In this document: in pieces, positions 36,101 to 46,850 of the stretch
Layout of the letters: each line of letters opens with the position of its first letter
Position numbering within the stretch: the stretch's first letter is position 1
Assembly: GCA_020720815.1 (NCBI GenBank)
Contig: DYNY01000003.1
Location: 1,002-65,001, forward strand
Length of the DNA: 64,000 nucleotides
DNA from: Candidatus Elulimicrobium sp.
GTDB taxonomy: Bacteria > Patescibacteriota > Minisyncoccia > Phycocordibacterales > UBA918
Direction of reading: 5' to 3'
Translations under genes and position numbers: made by a program
Notes under the pieces: generated by a model
What the model saw: the letters and a program-made list of their open reading frames with translations, nothing else
Told to the model about the DNA's origin: nothing
Database searches by the model: none

Positions 36101-36385
36101 ATGAAACACTTGATAGTTTTGCCTGGTAATAGCCTACAAAATCAGTCCTGGGGGATTCGAATGGCTTCACATTATGGAGAGTATTTTGATTCCATACATA
36201 CAGTCGAATATGATCATTGGAAGACTGGTGAAGCGGATATAAATTTAGCCCTGGAAGAGGAGCGATTGCGGGAGCATGTGGCGACCTTACCCAAAGGGAC
36301 ACAGATTATTGTTTTGGCCAAATCAGCTGGTAGTATTCTGACCTTCTTGGCGGTACAATCCGGGGCGATTAATCCTATCTACTAG
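36101..36385 (+). pseudogene. N-terminal fragment of an alpha/beta-hydrolase (YdeN/RBBP9-like serine hydrolase), apparently truncated
   Basis: 94 aa ending shortly after the nucleophile-elbow-like LAKSAGS. Full-length members run ~190 aa. Confidence 0.3.
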
Positions 36386-36429
36386 ACATGTTCAAGAAAG
36401 ATACTATTTAGCCTAAGCATGAATAGACT

Positions 36430-37281
36430 ATGAAATACATTGATACTCATTCCCATTTGAACCTGTCAGCTTTTGCTGACGATTTAGCTGAAGTAGTAAA
36501 TCGCTGTGTAGATAAAGGAATGGCGGTCATTAACGTTGGTACCAAAGAAAGTACAAGCGTTCGAGCTGTTAAGTTGGCGCTTTTACATCAGAGTCTGTAT
36601 GCCATCATTGGGCTACACCCGACCCAAACAGTCCCCAGTCGGCCAGATATGGTCGATGATGGAAAGGGTGGTACACCGCTACCTGAAGCGGGGGAGATTT
36701 TCAATCAGGCTTTTTATCGTCAGTTGGCGGGTAGTAGCGACGGCAAGGTGGTCGGGATTGGTGAATGTGGTTTTGATTATTATCATACAAAGCAGGGTAG
36801 CTATGCCGTACAAGAGGCGGCTTTTATTGCGCAAATTGAGTTAGCCAACGAACTCAATTTACCACTGATGATTCATACCCGTGGCCCGAGGCCAGGAGAG
36901 GAAAGTCCAACTGGACGAAGTGTTTATACTGACGTTTATGAGGTGCTCAAGCAATACGCTAAAGTACCTTTTAATGTTCACTTTTACGCTGGCTCTCTAG
37001 CGGAAGCTCGGCGATTTTTCGAGTTAGGTGGAACAATCTCTTTTACCGGCGTGATAACCTTTGCGAAAGCCTATGAAGAAATCGTTAAAGCTGTCCCACT
37101 AGAATTAATTCACGCTGAAACGGATTGTCCTTACGTGGCGCCTGTGCCGTATCGTGGACAGCGCTGCGAGCCTTGGATGGTAGAGGAAGTGTATAAAAAA
37201 ATCGCCAGTATTCGTGGAGAAGATGAGGAAAGTGTTCGATTAGCTTTACTTGAAAACTCTAGAAGGTTTTATAAGATCTAA
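36430..37281 (+). CDS. tatD: TatD-family metal-dependent hydrolase/DNase
   Basis: MKYIDTHSHLNL…, …GECGFDYYH…, and a conserved TatD His/Glu/Asp pattern. Confidence 0.85.
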   Translation: MKYIDTHSHLNLSAFADDLAEVVNRCVDKGMAVINVGTKESTSVRAVKLALLHQSLYAIIGLHPTQTVPSRPDMVDDGKGGTPLPEAGEIFNQAFYRQLAGSSDGKVVGIGECGFDYYHTKQGSYAVQEAAFIAQIELANELNLPLMIHTRGPRPGEESPTGRSVYTDVYEVLKQYAKVPFNVHFYAGSLAEARRFFELGGTISFTGVITFAKAYEEIVKAVPLELIHAETDCPYVAPVPYRGQRCEPWMVEEVYKKIASIRGEDEESVRLALLENSRRFYKI

Positions 37282-37391
37282 ATTAGAGTATGATGGAATG
37301 ACAGAAACCAAGAGCCATGCCCTTAGGCATGGCTCTTGGTTTCTGTGTATAACGCTAAATATTACTTTTTTCCATTCTACAATTAAACTGT

Positions 37392-39194
37392 ATGTTTTAT
37401 TACTATGATTTCTTCGCACTATTATTTTTATTAATTATTCCAGTAGTATTGTGGATGATATTTGCCCCGATTTACTTAATTTATAAAACACGCCGGCTTG
37501 AGCGAGAGATAATTTCTTTACGTCAACATTTAGAAAATAACCCACCGGTACCAACTGAGTTAGGTAATGGGGAAGTATTTAATGAACCATTAAACAAGAC
37601 GAAACCGGTTTCGATGTATTCAGATTCTGGCCAGCTCATCCCTAAGCCTAGGGAATTAACCCCAATTCCAGCACCGGAGCCAGAATCAGAATTTTGGCTT
37701 TGGCTAAAACAAGATTTTTTGGTCAAGATTGGAGCCTTCCTACTTATTTTAGCTTTCGCTTGGTTTGTCACTTATGCTTTTGCCAATAATTGGATTGGTC
37801 CGGTTGGACGAATTACTCTGGGAATAATCTTTGGTACAGCGGTGCTTGTATTTGGCACCCAAAGAATGATGAAGAGTCTCAGTCAGGGTTCAATTTTTAG
37901 TATTGTTGGCTCACTTATTATTATAATAACTATTTCCGCCGGTCAGTTTGTTTATGAAATGTTTCCACCACAGGTGGCTCTAGGGCTAATCTTTTTGGTA
38001 TCTGTTTACGTGGCGTTTGTAAGTCTAAGCTATGAACGTAATCAGTTAGCTTATGCCAGCTTGATATCAGCTCTAATGGCACCGTTTCTAATTAACAGCA
38101 ACACCGGTGATTCATTGTCACTGATGTTTTATTTACTACTAATAATAATTGGTACTCTTTGGGTAGTGTGGCGTCTGCGTGCAGAAAAAATCACCCTAGT
38201 CGCCCTTCTAGGTGTAATAGTTTATACCGAAGTGGCTTATAGTCTGGATACCGGGGTAGCTCTATTATTTTCTTTTGTCTTTACCGGTATCTTTTTTGTG
38301 ACCAACATTATTTCGCTGATTCGTCGTTATACAAAATGGGTATCACCGGTTCACGTTATGACAGCCCTTCTGACTGGTGTCTATCTTATTAGCTCAATAA
38401 TTGGCGCATCGCCAGAAGAGTGGCGGAGTACCTACTTACTCTTTTGGGCTTTGGTATTTGCTTATGGCTCATTTCAGGTCTTTATACGTACTCTAAATCG
38501 AACCCCTTTCTATATTTATACCTCGGTTAGTCTGATTATGATGGGTACCGCCACGGTAATTGAACTTTCTGGCCCATGGCTCACCATTGTCCTTACTCTA
38601 GAAGTACTAGCAACTGTTATCTTGCTCAAGCAACTGACTAAAGATAAGAGAGCATCTAATTTGTCCTTGGCACTATTTGTCGTTCCTGGTTTATATACGT
38701 TTGGACATATTAGTACTTATGCTTGGCAGAGTGGTATACCAAATGGGGATTTGTTAGCGCTACTCATTTTTACTGGATCTATCATATTGGCTGGTTTGGT
38801 GAAGAGTGGTTTGTTGCCGGAAACAAACGCTAGTGAAAGCTTAGCTCAAAACGATGGTCAAGTGCTCTTTACGATAGCCGGTATTTATATAGGCATCATC
38901 ATCTGGCTTATCCTGCACGCTTTGTTTACCAATATGGTAGGAACAATGTTAGCGATGATTATTTACAGTATCATCGGCCTTGTTCTTTATATTAAAGGTA
39001 AGTTTGAAAATAACAAAACGATTAAAACTATCGGTATCGTAATCTTATCGTTTGTGGTTATTAGACTAATTTTGGTTGATGTTTGGGCTATGGAAACAGC
39101 CGGCCGCATAATTACCTTCCTAATTATCGGGTTATTATTTATGTCGACTGCCTTTCTACCTAGACTTAAAAAAAATTATCATCAGCCAAACTAA
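37392..39194 (+). CDS. DUF2339-like large polytopic membrane protein (600 aa)
   Basis: An N-terminal TM pair plus a soluble linker, then ~14 TM helices beginning …WLWLKQDFLVKIGAFLLILAFAWFV…. Confidence 0.45.
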   Translation: MFYYYDFFALLFLLIIPVVLWMIFAPIYLIYKTRRLEREIISLRQHLENNPPVPTELGNGEVFNEPLNKTKPVSMYSDSGQLIPKPRELTPIPAPEPESEFWLWLKQDFLVKIGAFLLILAFAWFVTYAFANNWIGPVGRITLGIIFGTAVLVFGTQRMMKSLSQGSIFSIVGSLIIIITISAGQFVYEMFPPQVALGLIFLVSVYVAFVSLSYERNQLAYASLISALMAPFLINSNTGDSLSLMFYLLLIIIGTLWVVWRLRAEKITLVALLGVIVYTEVAYSLDTGVALLFSFVFTGIFFVTNIISLIRRYTKWVSPVHVMTALLTGVYLISSIIGASPEEWRSTYLLFWALVFAYGSFQVFIRTLNRTPFYIYTSVSLIMMGTATVIELSGPWLTIVLTLEVLATVILLKQLTKDKRASNLSLALFVVPGLYTFGHISTYAWQSGIPNGDLLALLIFTGSIILAGLVKSGLLPETNASESLAQNDGQVLFTIAGIYIGIIIWLILHALFTNMVGTMLAMIIYSIIGLVLYIKGKFENNKTIKTIGIVILSFVVIRLILVDVWAMETAGRIITFLIIGLLFMSTAFLPRLKKNYHQPN

Positions 39195-39203
39195 ACAATC
39201 ACT

Positions 39204-40385
39204 ATGACTAAAAATTATATTTTTCGCGCCGCACTATTTTTGGCGATGATAATAGTGGCGCCACTCTTAAGTTATGGTAATGAGGATCCGCGGAATAATT
39301 ATAAAAGTGTAATAGACGTAGTACCGGCTATTTCTACCTTACCGACTGTGGTAGAGGTACCGTTACCAGTAGATGCTGATTATGTACTCGTACAAGAAAT
39401 TACCACTGGAGATTATTTGTCATCGATTATCGGTAGGCGTCAGGTTACTTCGGCCGCAACCTATCAAGCTGATTTACAGACCAGTACTGATGGTGTAAGG
39501 GGAAGTTTAAGTAGTCTACTTGATAAAAATTGGGACACTCAAATAGATTTATTGGTTGAGGGGCAAAATAGAGAAGCCACTACCAATATTAATTTCAACG
39601 CTAGTTTTAGTGAAGTTGTCTCAGAACTACAGATTGACTATGCCTCAAATTCCGCTTTACCTTCGACGGTTGCACTTTTTAGCCTTGTAAATGGACGAGA
39701 GGAGTTGGTGGTAAAGAAGTCTGGTTATGAGTCGATGAGAATGGTTTTTCCTGAACGCTACGGCCAATCTTGGCGAGTAGTATTTACTTATGAAGAGCCG
39801 GTGAGAATTTCTGGTATAAAGTTTGGACCTGAAAAAACTTCCAGTGTGGTTAATTCCGTTCGTTTATTAGCTCAACCAGAACAAAAATATACGATTTACT
39901 TATATCCAGAAAATTTTGTTAGTGTAACACTGCGGGATAGTGGGGTTATGTACGGTGTGGAAGCCATAGCTCCACACTATTCAAGTGCTGTAAAAAACAA
40001 TCCGCTATTTGTTGAATCTGATCGTGACAAGGATACTATTCCCGATGTTAGAGATAATTGCCCAGCTGATTATAACCCCGACCAATTAAGTAGCCGTGGT
40101 GGTATATGGGGTGATGTCTGTGATGATTTTGATAATGATAGTATCCTTAACCCAAAAGATAATTGTCCCTATCTTCCCAATTATAATCAACGTGATACCG
40201 ACAGTGATGGTATTGGAGATGAATGTGATGAAGGGGAGAGCCGATTGACTGAACAGTATCCATGGTTGCCTTGGCTTGGTATAGGTGTCACTTTACTGGT
40301 TATCCTGATGCTATTTATCTTCGTCGCTAGACGTCCACTACCTGTACCAGAAGGAGAAAATGAAAATAGTAATTCGACTGAATAA
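39204..40385 (+). CDS. Secreted protein with thrombospondin type-3-like Ca-binding repeats and a C-terminal TM anchor
   Basis: Signal peptide. Repeats DKDTIPDVRDNCP…NDSILNPKDNCPY…DTDSDGIGDECD. C-terminal TM helix. Confidence 0.45.
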   Translation: MTKNYIFRAALFLAMIIVAPLLSYGNEDPRNNYKSVIDVVPAISTLPTVVEVPLPVDADYVLVQEITTGDYLSSIIGRRQVTSAATYQADLQTSTDGVRGSLSSLLDKNWDTQIDLLVEGQNREATTNINFNASFSEVVSELQIDYASNSALPSTVALFSLVNGREELVVKKSGYESMRMVFPERYGQSWRVVFTYEEPVRISGIKFGPEKTSSVVNSVRLLAQPEQKYTIYLYPENFVSVTLRDSGVMYGVEAIAPHYSSAVKNNPLFVESDRDKDTIPDVRDNCPADYNPDQLSSRGGIWGDVCDDFDNDSILNPKDNCPYLPNYNQRDTDSDGIGDECDEGESRLTEQYPWLPWLGIGVTLLVILMLFIFVARRPLPVPEGENENSNSTE

Positions 40386-40492
40386 TTAAATTTCACTAAA
40401 GTGAAAGAAAAAGCCACACCTTTAAAGGGTGTGGCAGGGTTCGTGCGACCAATCCGGTAAACAGCCATCAGTAATTCATGAGGTTCGTCCGG

Positions 40493-40825
40493 CTAAATGC
40501 TGTTTTGCCGGTGTTCGTCCTCATCTAGCACTGGAATTTTATCCAGGTCCCCAAAAGTCTTCTTGGACCAGGGTCGTGCCTTTTGACGCAGGAATCGCTT
40601 GACGCTGTCCTTGCCGGCAAAGCCAAAGAAATAGGACGTTGCTACGGTCAGACTGGCCATTAACCAGTGATCGTATAGGGTCAAATAATTGATAAAACCG
40701 AGAGCCGAAAGGATGAACAGGGAACCTGAGAGCTGGATATTTCTTTCCTTGTTGCTCACCATCAAACGACCTGTGGCGAAAGTCAAGAAACATAGTGCAA
40801 TTAAGTAAAGAACTTCTTTATCCAT
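40493..40825 (-). CDS. Hypothetical small membrane protein
   Basis: Three predicted TM helices. No family recognised. Confidence 0.35.
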   Translation of the reverse strand: MDKEVLYLIALCFLTFATGRLMVSNKERNIQLSGSLFILSALGFINYLTLYDHWLMASLTVATSYFFGFAGKDSVKRFLRQKARPWSKKTFGDLDKIPVLDEDEHRQNSI

Positions 40826-40877
40826 TTCCCCTCCAGGGAAGTTATGAGCAACTTACATTATAGCACAAAATCAGTAT

Positions 40878-41828
40878 TTAATCAAATATTTTAACTAAAT
40901 AAGCATCTAGTTCGCGTTGATCTAAGTCGTAAAAAGTTTTATCACTATTATATAAGTCATTAGCTAAATCTCGCCCAACAAACCGCCAGTGCCAAGGTTC
41001 AAAGATATAAAACTGGTTACCTTCTGGATAAGAGAGAATAAAGCCATATTTATGAGCGTTCTTTTGAAGCCATGCGTAAGCTTCGGTGGTAGCAAAACTA
41101 GTATTTGTGCCACCAGTTAAGATGTCAGTGATATCTACCGTGGTCCCGAGTTGGTGCTCAGAGTAGCCCTGGTCGGCTGAAAAGGCATTGGAACCACTGC
41201 CATAAACTAGGGTGTGTTGGCTTTTAATTGCAATCTGTTCTTCAAACGAACGAAATGCCGAAATAACTCTAATATCATGACCAGCTTTTTTAGCATCATC
41301 AAGCATGTCTTCAAGGAATTCGATAGCATCGCCATGGAAATACATTTCCTTTCCTGACGACATGTGATATTTTTCAGGAATCAAGGAAAGTTTAAGTGGT
41401 ATGAAGTTCTCATTGAGGAAATAAGTACGGGAATACTTCTGGAGAAGTTCTTTGTCAGTCTTGGATAGTTTATCGAGGACGCCGACTGTGCCGGCAATTT
41501 CCTTAATTTGATCTTCAAACTCATCATTTTTATTTTTCTCCCGCTTGAGGTCGCGCTCGATGTCATCTAACTCCTCATTTGATAGGGAAAGTCTATTGGC
41601 TAGGTCTTGAATAGTTGAGCTAGCCAGCTCTCTTTCCTCGGCTAAAAGCTTGGTTGTGGAAGCCTTTTCTAGGAGAAAATAATCATGCTCTAGGAGAAGT
41701 GTAGTGATTTTTTCTTGATGGCTTTGATTTTGTTGATAAAGGTAAATAGCAACGACACTTAATCCAATTAAGGAGATAAAGATAGTAGCTCGAAAGATAA
41801 CAGTTTTTGTAGAAGGTGTATTGTTCAC
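40878..41828 (-). CDS. Membrane-anchored D-alanyl-D-alanine carboxypeptidase (VanY/peptidase M15B-like) with a coiled-coil
   Basis: …GYSEHQLGTTVDI… and …EPWHWRFVG… are the M15 Zn-ligand motifs. N-terminal TM plus coiled-coil. Confidence 0.7.
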   Translation of the reverse strand: MNNTPSTKTVIFRATIFISLIGLSVVAIYLYQQNQSHQEKITTLLLEHDYFLLEKASTTKLLAEERELASSTIQDLANRLSLSNEELDDIERDLKREKNKNDEFEDQIKEIAGTVGVLDKLSKTDKELLQKYSRTYFLNENFIPLKLSLIPEKYHMSSGKEMYFHGDAIEFLEDMLDDAKKAGHDIRVISAFRSFEEQIAIKSQHTLVYGSGSNAFSADQGYSEHQLGTTVDITDILTGGTNTSFATTEAYAWLQKNAHKYGFILSYPEGNQFYIFEPWHWRFVGRDLANDLYNSDKTFYDLDQRELDAYLVKIFD

Positions 41829-41914
41829 CGGTCTATTCTAGCATGCTTAGGCCTCTTGAATAGGCTTTATTTTCATGGTAGGGTTATGCCGTTATTAAGT
41901 TAAGTTCTGGACAC

Positions 41915-42463
41915 ATGTCAGAAACACAAATGCCAGCAGTCGAAGCGACTAATAGTGCGGAGCAAGAGTTCCAAAGCTATGAGTTCGCTTTCCACATTCT
42001 TCCAACGATTGCTGAAGGGGAAGTCGGAGGAGTCTTTGATTTACTCAAAGCTCGCATTACTAAGGCCGGAGGCGTAATCACCGGTGAAGAAGTACCACAA
42101 CGGTTCGATTTGGCATACGAGATAGTAAAATATCTTGAAGGTAAGAATCGAAAGTTTAGCAGTGCTTACTTTGGTTGGGTACGTTTTAAGCTTGATTCCG
42201 CATCATTGACTGCCCTAACTGAAGAAATTGACTCTATTAAAGAATTACTTCGTTATCTACTCATTAAGCTCACTCGAGTTGAAGAAGAGCATGAGTTTAG
42301 CTTCCATGATTCAATAATAAACAAGAAAATTTACACCATAGCTGACGATGAAATCATAGCTGAGGAAGAGGTGATTGAAGATGTAGTAGGCGAGGAGGCG
42401 GTAGTTGTGGTTGCCGATATTGTAGAATCTACTGATAGCGAAGAGACAAAGGAGGCGGTATAA
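41915..42463 (+). CDS. rpsF: 30S ribosomal protein S6 with an acidic C-terminal tail
   Basis: …YEFAFHILPTIAEGEV…GGVITGEEVPQRFDLAYEI…, in rpsF-ssb-rpsR order. Confidence 0.75.
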   Translation: MSETQMPAVEATNSAEQEFQSYEFAFHILPTIAEGEVGGVFDLLKARITKAGGVITGEEVPQRFDLAYEIVKYLEGKNRKFSSAYFGWVRFKLDSASLTALTEEIDSIKELLRYLLIKLTRVEEEHEFSFHDSIINKKIYTIADDEIIAEEEVIEDVVGEEAVVVVADIVESTDSEETKEAV

Positions 42464-42493
42464 TTGAGTTCTATTTAAGTAACCACAATACCT

Positions 42494-42946
42494 ATGTATC
42501 TCAACAAAGCAATGATCTATGGAAACCTTACCCGTGACCCAGAGATGAAGGCATTGCCAAGTGGCATGCAAGTTTGTTCATTTTCTCTAGCTACTAACCG
42601 TATTTACAACGATCGTGATGGCAAGCGACAAGAGTCGGTTGACTATCACAACGTAGCTGTCTTTGGTAAGCAGGCCGAAAATTGCGCTAAGTACCTGACC
42701 AAAGGTAGCCCTACCTACGTTGAGGGAAGAATGCAGACTCGTAGTTGGGAGAAAGATGGTGTAAAACAGTACCGTACCGAAATTATTGCCGATCGAGTAC
42801 AATTTGGTCCTAAAGGAGGTAGTACTACTGTAGTACCACAACCGGGAGGAGACGGAGGTAAGTCTAGTAGTGGGAACGATAATCGTGAGTCAGCTTTACC
42901 TGATTATCCTGAGGAGGAGATTAATCCTGAGGATATTCCTTTTTAA
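42494..42946 (+). CDS. ssb: Single-stranded DNA-binding protein
   Basis: OB fold (…AMIYGNLTRDPEMKALPSGMQVCSFSLATNR…) and a C-terminal DIPF tail. Confidence 0.9.
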   Translation: MYLNKAMIYGNLTRDPEMKALPSGMQVCSFSLATNRIYNDRDGKRQESVDYHNVAVFGKQAENCAKYLTKGSPTYVEGRMQTRSWEKDGVKQYRTEIIADRVQFGPKGGSTTVVPQPGGDGGKSSSGNDNRESALPDYPEEEINPEDIPF

Positions 42947-43110
42947 AAGCTTTGTTATCTTAGTTACGTCGTTGCCCGATGGCGAAAATAAGTTTCACCG
43001 TAGTCTAGTATGACTCAACTTATTTTCCTGGGGTGCCTCGTATCTAAGCGACAAATTACTTAAAACATTAAATTTGAAAAATTGGCTACTTTAATAGTTA
43101 AAAACACAAC

Positions 43111-43317
43111 ATGGAACAACAACACAACCTACACAAGAAAGCCGCTCTAGAACATATTGATTACAAAGATATTACTCGTCTTAGTGCTCATGTAAATCCA
43201 CACGCACGTATGATGAGTCGCCGCCGCACTGGTTTTTCTGCCAAGGCTCAGCGAGATTTTGCCCGCTCAATCAAACGTGCCCGGTTTATGGCTTTGATGC
43301 CGTACATTCAGCACTAG
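43111..43317 (+). CDS. rpsR: 30S ribosomal protein S18
   Basis: …IDYKDITRLSAHVNPHARMMSRRRTGFSAKAQRDFARSIKRARFMALMPY. Confidence 0.9.
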   Translation: MEQQHNLHKKAALEHIDYKDITRLSAHVNPHARMMSRRRTGFSAKAQRDFARSIKRARFMALMPYIQH

Positions 43318-43435
43318 ACACTGCTGGATTCAAACAAAAGCACCGAGGGACTTCATCTCTCGGGGCTTTTGTTTTATACAATTTCCAGTTATAATAAAAT
43401 AGGTTTATGGTCTTTCAACTGAGGAGGTATTTCTC

Positions 43436-43654
43436 ATGGATGATCTTTTTTGGTCTAACCTGATTTTGTTTGCTGTCTGGGCGGCTTTCTTCATTGCTCT
43501 GGTCTTTTTTTTGTGGGCAGAATATGGGGCAGAATCTCTACCACCCAATGCGGCAGAGTTGGCAGAGGATTGTCTTCGGTCCGAAGGTGTTGGCCAGTAC
43601 TTTTGGGCGAAACGGTGGAAGGCTCTACAAGATACAGGCCAATGGGGTCGGTGA
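43436..43654 (+). CDS. Hypothetical small membrane protein (72 aa) in a GC-enriched patch
   Basis: Strong SD (GAGGAGG) 8 nt before the ATG. One TM helix. Confidence 0.35.
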   Translation: MDDLFWSNLILFAVWAAFFIALVFFLWAEYGAESLPPNAAELAEDCLRSEGVGQYFWAKRWKALQDTGQWGR

Positions 43655-43743
43655 GATAAATTCTTTAAAGAAAGGAAGAGATGCTATCATTCTTATCAAG
43701 AAAAAAGCCACAGCACGAGTGCTGTGGCTTCTCTCGTCTCCTC

Positions 43744-44319
43744 TTAGGCCTTTTCTACTCGTTCTGAATAGTCACCACTTTCAGTATTGATAGCGATAAC
43801 ATCTCCCTGATTAATAAACATTGGCACCATTACCTTAGCCCCAGTTTCCAGAACTGCTTCCTTTAGGGCACCAGAGGAAGTGTTACCCTTGACCGCGTCT
43901 ACTGTTTCGGTCACCTTAAGCTCAATTTTGACTGGTACAGTAACACCAATAACTTCTTCATCATAGATTAAGGCTTTCAGCTCTGAGCGCTCCTTAATAA
44001 ACTTGCCTTGATCACCAATTAAGTCTTCCGCTAAAGTAAAGCGCTCGCCTGGTTTACCAGAAATATGGAACCAATACTCGGACCCTTTGCGGTAAATAAA
44101 GATAATGTTCTGATTTTCTAGGTCAGCTTCTTCAGCTACTTCATTTACATGGAAGGTATTTTCAATCACACGCCCTGATTTTAGGTTCTTTAGCTTAGTA
44201 ATATTTACCGGTTTACGTTGTTGTTTACGAAACACGTGATAAGACAATACCAAATAAGGTTCGTCATTAAAAATGATGACTTTTTTCGGAGTTATTTCGT
44301 TATAAGAGAGGACTGCCAT
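43744..44319 (-). CDS. efp: Elongation factor P
   Basis: …YHVFRKQQRKPVNITKLKNLKSGRVIE… KOW and OB domains, 191 aa. Confidence 0.85.
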   Translation of the reverse strand: MAVLSYNEITPKKVIIFNDEPYLVLSYHVFRKQQRKPVNITKLKNLKSGRVIENTFHVNEVAEEADLENQNIIFIYRKGSEYWFHISGKPGERFTLAEDLIGDQGKFIKERSELKALIYDEEVIGVTVPVKIELKVTETVDAVKGNTSSGALKEAVLETGAKVMVPMFINQGDVIAINTESGDYSERVEKA

Positions 44320-44627
44320 TAAATGAATAGACGAGCGTAGCGACTACTATGAATTTAAGTATAAATAAGGAGTACGAAGTACGACTATATTTTACTTATG
44401 CAGGCGCTTAGTTGAGCCGCGACCCCAAAAGGAGCGGTCAACTGTAGCGCGTTTCTAGGCCCAGCAAATTGCTTGCCCAAGGCAAATCGCTGGAACCACG
44501 ACTCTAAGTGTCATTAACGCTCTGTTAAAAATGAATAATACGCCCACAGTTATACCAAACCCGCACATTAAAAGCAAAGCGTGTATAGTCAGATTTGTAA
44601 AAATTCAATGTTATTATATAAACACAT

Positions 44628-45218
44628 ATGGAAAAACTGACGACCACTGAAGGCACCATTGCGCTCAGAGATGAAGACCTGTTGCGTCGCTCAACGAATG
44701 AGCCATGGCTTTTTTCTTTTCTGGTTGGTCGTTATGAAGCCCCTTTTCTACGCAAGGTTAGAGCGATTTTGCGCGATCCTCGTGATTGTGAGGAGGTAGT
44801 ATTAGATGCTTTTACTAAGATTTACATACACGCTGATTCATTTACACCTCAAAGTGGGGCCCAGTTTTCATCTTGGGCTTATCGTATCCTGCTCAACACT
44901 GCTTTTACCAGGTACCAGAAGCTAGTTAAGGAAGGACAGCGGTTTATTGTCTTTGACCCGGAATTTGAACAGTTAGTCGGTGAGCGGGCTGGGCATACTG
45001 GCTTTGAGGAAAAAAGAGACGGTATTGAACGTGTCTTAGCTAGGTTGCCGGGACACTTTGCTAGTGTGCTTAGGCTGCATTATTTGGAACGATGGTCACA
45101 TGAAGATATCGCAAAAGCTACTGATGAAAATGTCGGCACCATCAAGGCTCGCATCCATAGGGCCAAGGCGGCTTTTAGGCAGGAGAGTAAGGATGGGGAG
45201 GTTGAAGCTTTATTGTAA
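44628..45218 (+). CDS. ECF-type RNA polymerase sigma factor
   Basis: Sigma70 region 2, and region 4 (…HEDIAKATDENVGTIKARIHRAKAAF…). Confidence 0.7.
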   Translation: MEKLTTTEGTIALRDEDLLRRSTNEPWLFSFLVGRYEAPFLRKVRAILRDPRDCEEVVLDAFTKIYIHADSFTPQSGAQFSSWAYRILLNTAFTRYQKLVKEGQRFIVFDPEFEQLVGERAGHTGFEEKRDGIERVLARLPGHFASVLRLHYLERWSHEDIAKATDENVGTIKARIHRAKAAFRQESKDGEVEALL

Positions 45219-45264
45219 CCAGATGAGAGATTAAGTAGTTATATCTATTACATTACAAATACTT

Positions 45265-45618
45265 ATGAAAAACTTTTTATTACCACAAAATAGCTTGCAA
45301 AGACGCATTATGCGTCGGGTTTGGTATAGCTATAGTCTAAGTATTTTAGTCAGTAATGCTATGGCTAGGGGCTTTATTCTTGGTTTCAGTGCGGTACTTT
45401 TTCTAGAATTAGTTTCGGTACCGAGTGTCTTAGCCAACTTACTATCCGTTGAGGTGAAGGCTGTTCCGGAGTATGTTTGGCAGTCGGTATTGCAATCTAT
45501 AGTAACCGGCGAGGTTTTGCAACTCATTATGTTGGGTATCATGTTTCTCTCTCTCTTATCTTTTCGTTTTAACTTACGGTCAACTTTGCCAAAGGGGCAA
45601 GCGATGCAACACGTTTAA
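45265..45618 (+). CDS. Membrane protein downstream of the ECF sigma gene, a candidate anti-sigma factor
   Basis: Position and membrane topology only. No family motif recognised. Confidence 0.3.
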   Translation: MKNFLLPQNSLQRRIMRRVWYSYSLSILVSNAMARGFILGFSAVLFLELVSVPSVLANLLSVEVKAVPEYVWQSVLQSIVTGEVLQLIMLGIMFLSLLSFRFNLRSTLPKGQAMQHV

Positions 45619-45695
45619 TTGGGTGACGATGAAAAAGCCAGTGGAAAGCTTTGCTTTCCACTGGCTTTTTCTAATTTACTAGTTACCTCTAAACT

Positions 45696-46841
45696 TTATT
45701 CCGGTTGAGCTTCTTCAGTTGCTTCTGGACCACTACTACTTTCTACGCCACTATGTCGGGCACTATTTCCTGCTACCTCATCTTTCAGTGCCCTACGAAT
45801 ATGTCCCAAAAGTACTTTCTCTACTTTAGGATTCTCGCGTAGGAAAGTGCGGGCTGCATCATAACCTCGTCCAAGCTTCACTTCAGTACTCTCATCGCCA
45901 CCTGGTGGAAGGAAAGTGTATGAAGCGCCTGACTTACGAACCAGCTTATATTTCTCACCAAGGGCTAGAAGTTCACCTTGTGTACTGATACCCTCACCGT
46001 AGATAAGGTCAAATTCAGTGGTACGGAAAGGAGAGGCGACTTTGTTTTTCACTACCTTTACTCGGTGTCGTCCACCCACCACTTCTTCACCTTTCTTGAT
46101 TTGGGCGATGCGGCGGATATCGAGACGCACTGAAGTATAAAACTTAAGTGCCTTACCGCCTGGGGTAGTTTCTGGATTACCAAACATCACTCCGACCTGC
46201 ATACGGATCTGGTTAATAAAGATAACTACCGTTTTGCTCTTGGCGACGATACCAGTTAGCTTACGCAAAGCCTGACTCATGAGACGAGCTTGTTTGCCAA
46301 CGTGATGTGCTCCCATTTCACCCTCGATTTCATCACGTGGTGTAAGGGCAGCCACGGAGTCGATAACGATGATATCAATTTTTCCGGATCGAACTAGTGA
46401 CTCAACGATTTCCAAAGCCTGCTCACCATTATCAGGTTGAGAAATAAGTAACTGATCAAGTTTGACACCGATGTTGCGAGCGTATTCAGGGTCCATGGCG
46501 TGTTCTGCATCAATAAAAGCACAAATACCGCCAAGCTTTTGTGCTTCTGCTACTGCATGTAGTGCTAGCGTAGTTTTACCGGATGATTCTGGTCCAAATA
46601 TTTCCAATATACGACCACGTGGGTAGCCACCTATACCGAGAGCATCATCTAGTCCGATTGAGCCACTTGGAACGGCGTCCACATCAACTCGTTTGCTCTC
46701 ATTAAGTGTCATTATTGAATCGTCACCAAATTTGGTTTTGATGGCTCGCAGGGTTTCCGCGATACTAGAAATATCACCACCTTTTTTGTCATTGGCTTCG
46801 CCTAGGGTCTTAGCCACCTTAGCTACTTTTTTCTTTACCAT
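45696..46841 (-). CDS. recA: Recombinase RecA
   Basis: Walker [13 protein letters not shown], the N-terminal …[10 protein letters not shown], and a long acidic C-terminal tail. Confidence 0.95.
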   Translation of the reverse strand: MVKKKVAKVAKTLGEANDKKGGDISSIAETLRAIKTKFGDDSIMTLNESKRVDVDAVPSGSIGLDDALGIGGYPRGRILEIFGPESSGKTTLALHAVAEAQKLGGICAFIDAEHAMDPEYARNIGVKLDQLLISQPDNGEQALEIVESLVRSGKIDIIVIDSVAALTPRDEIEGEMGAHHVGKQARLMSQALRKLTGIVAKSKTVVIFINQIRMQVGVMFGNPETTPGGKALKFYTSVRLDIRRIAQIKKGEEVVGGRHRVKVVKNKVASPFRTTEFDLIYGEGISTQGELLALGEKYKLVRKSGASYTFLPPGGDESTEVKLGRGYDAARTFLRENPKVEKVLLGHIRRALKDEVAGNSARHSGVESSSGPEATEEAQPE

Positions 46842-46850
46842 AGAGATTTA

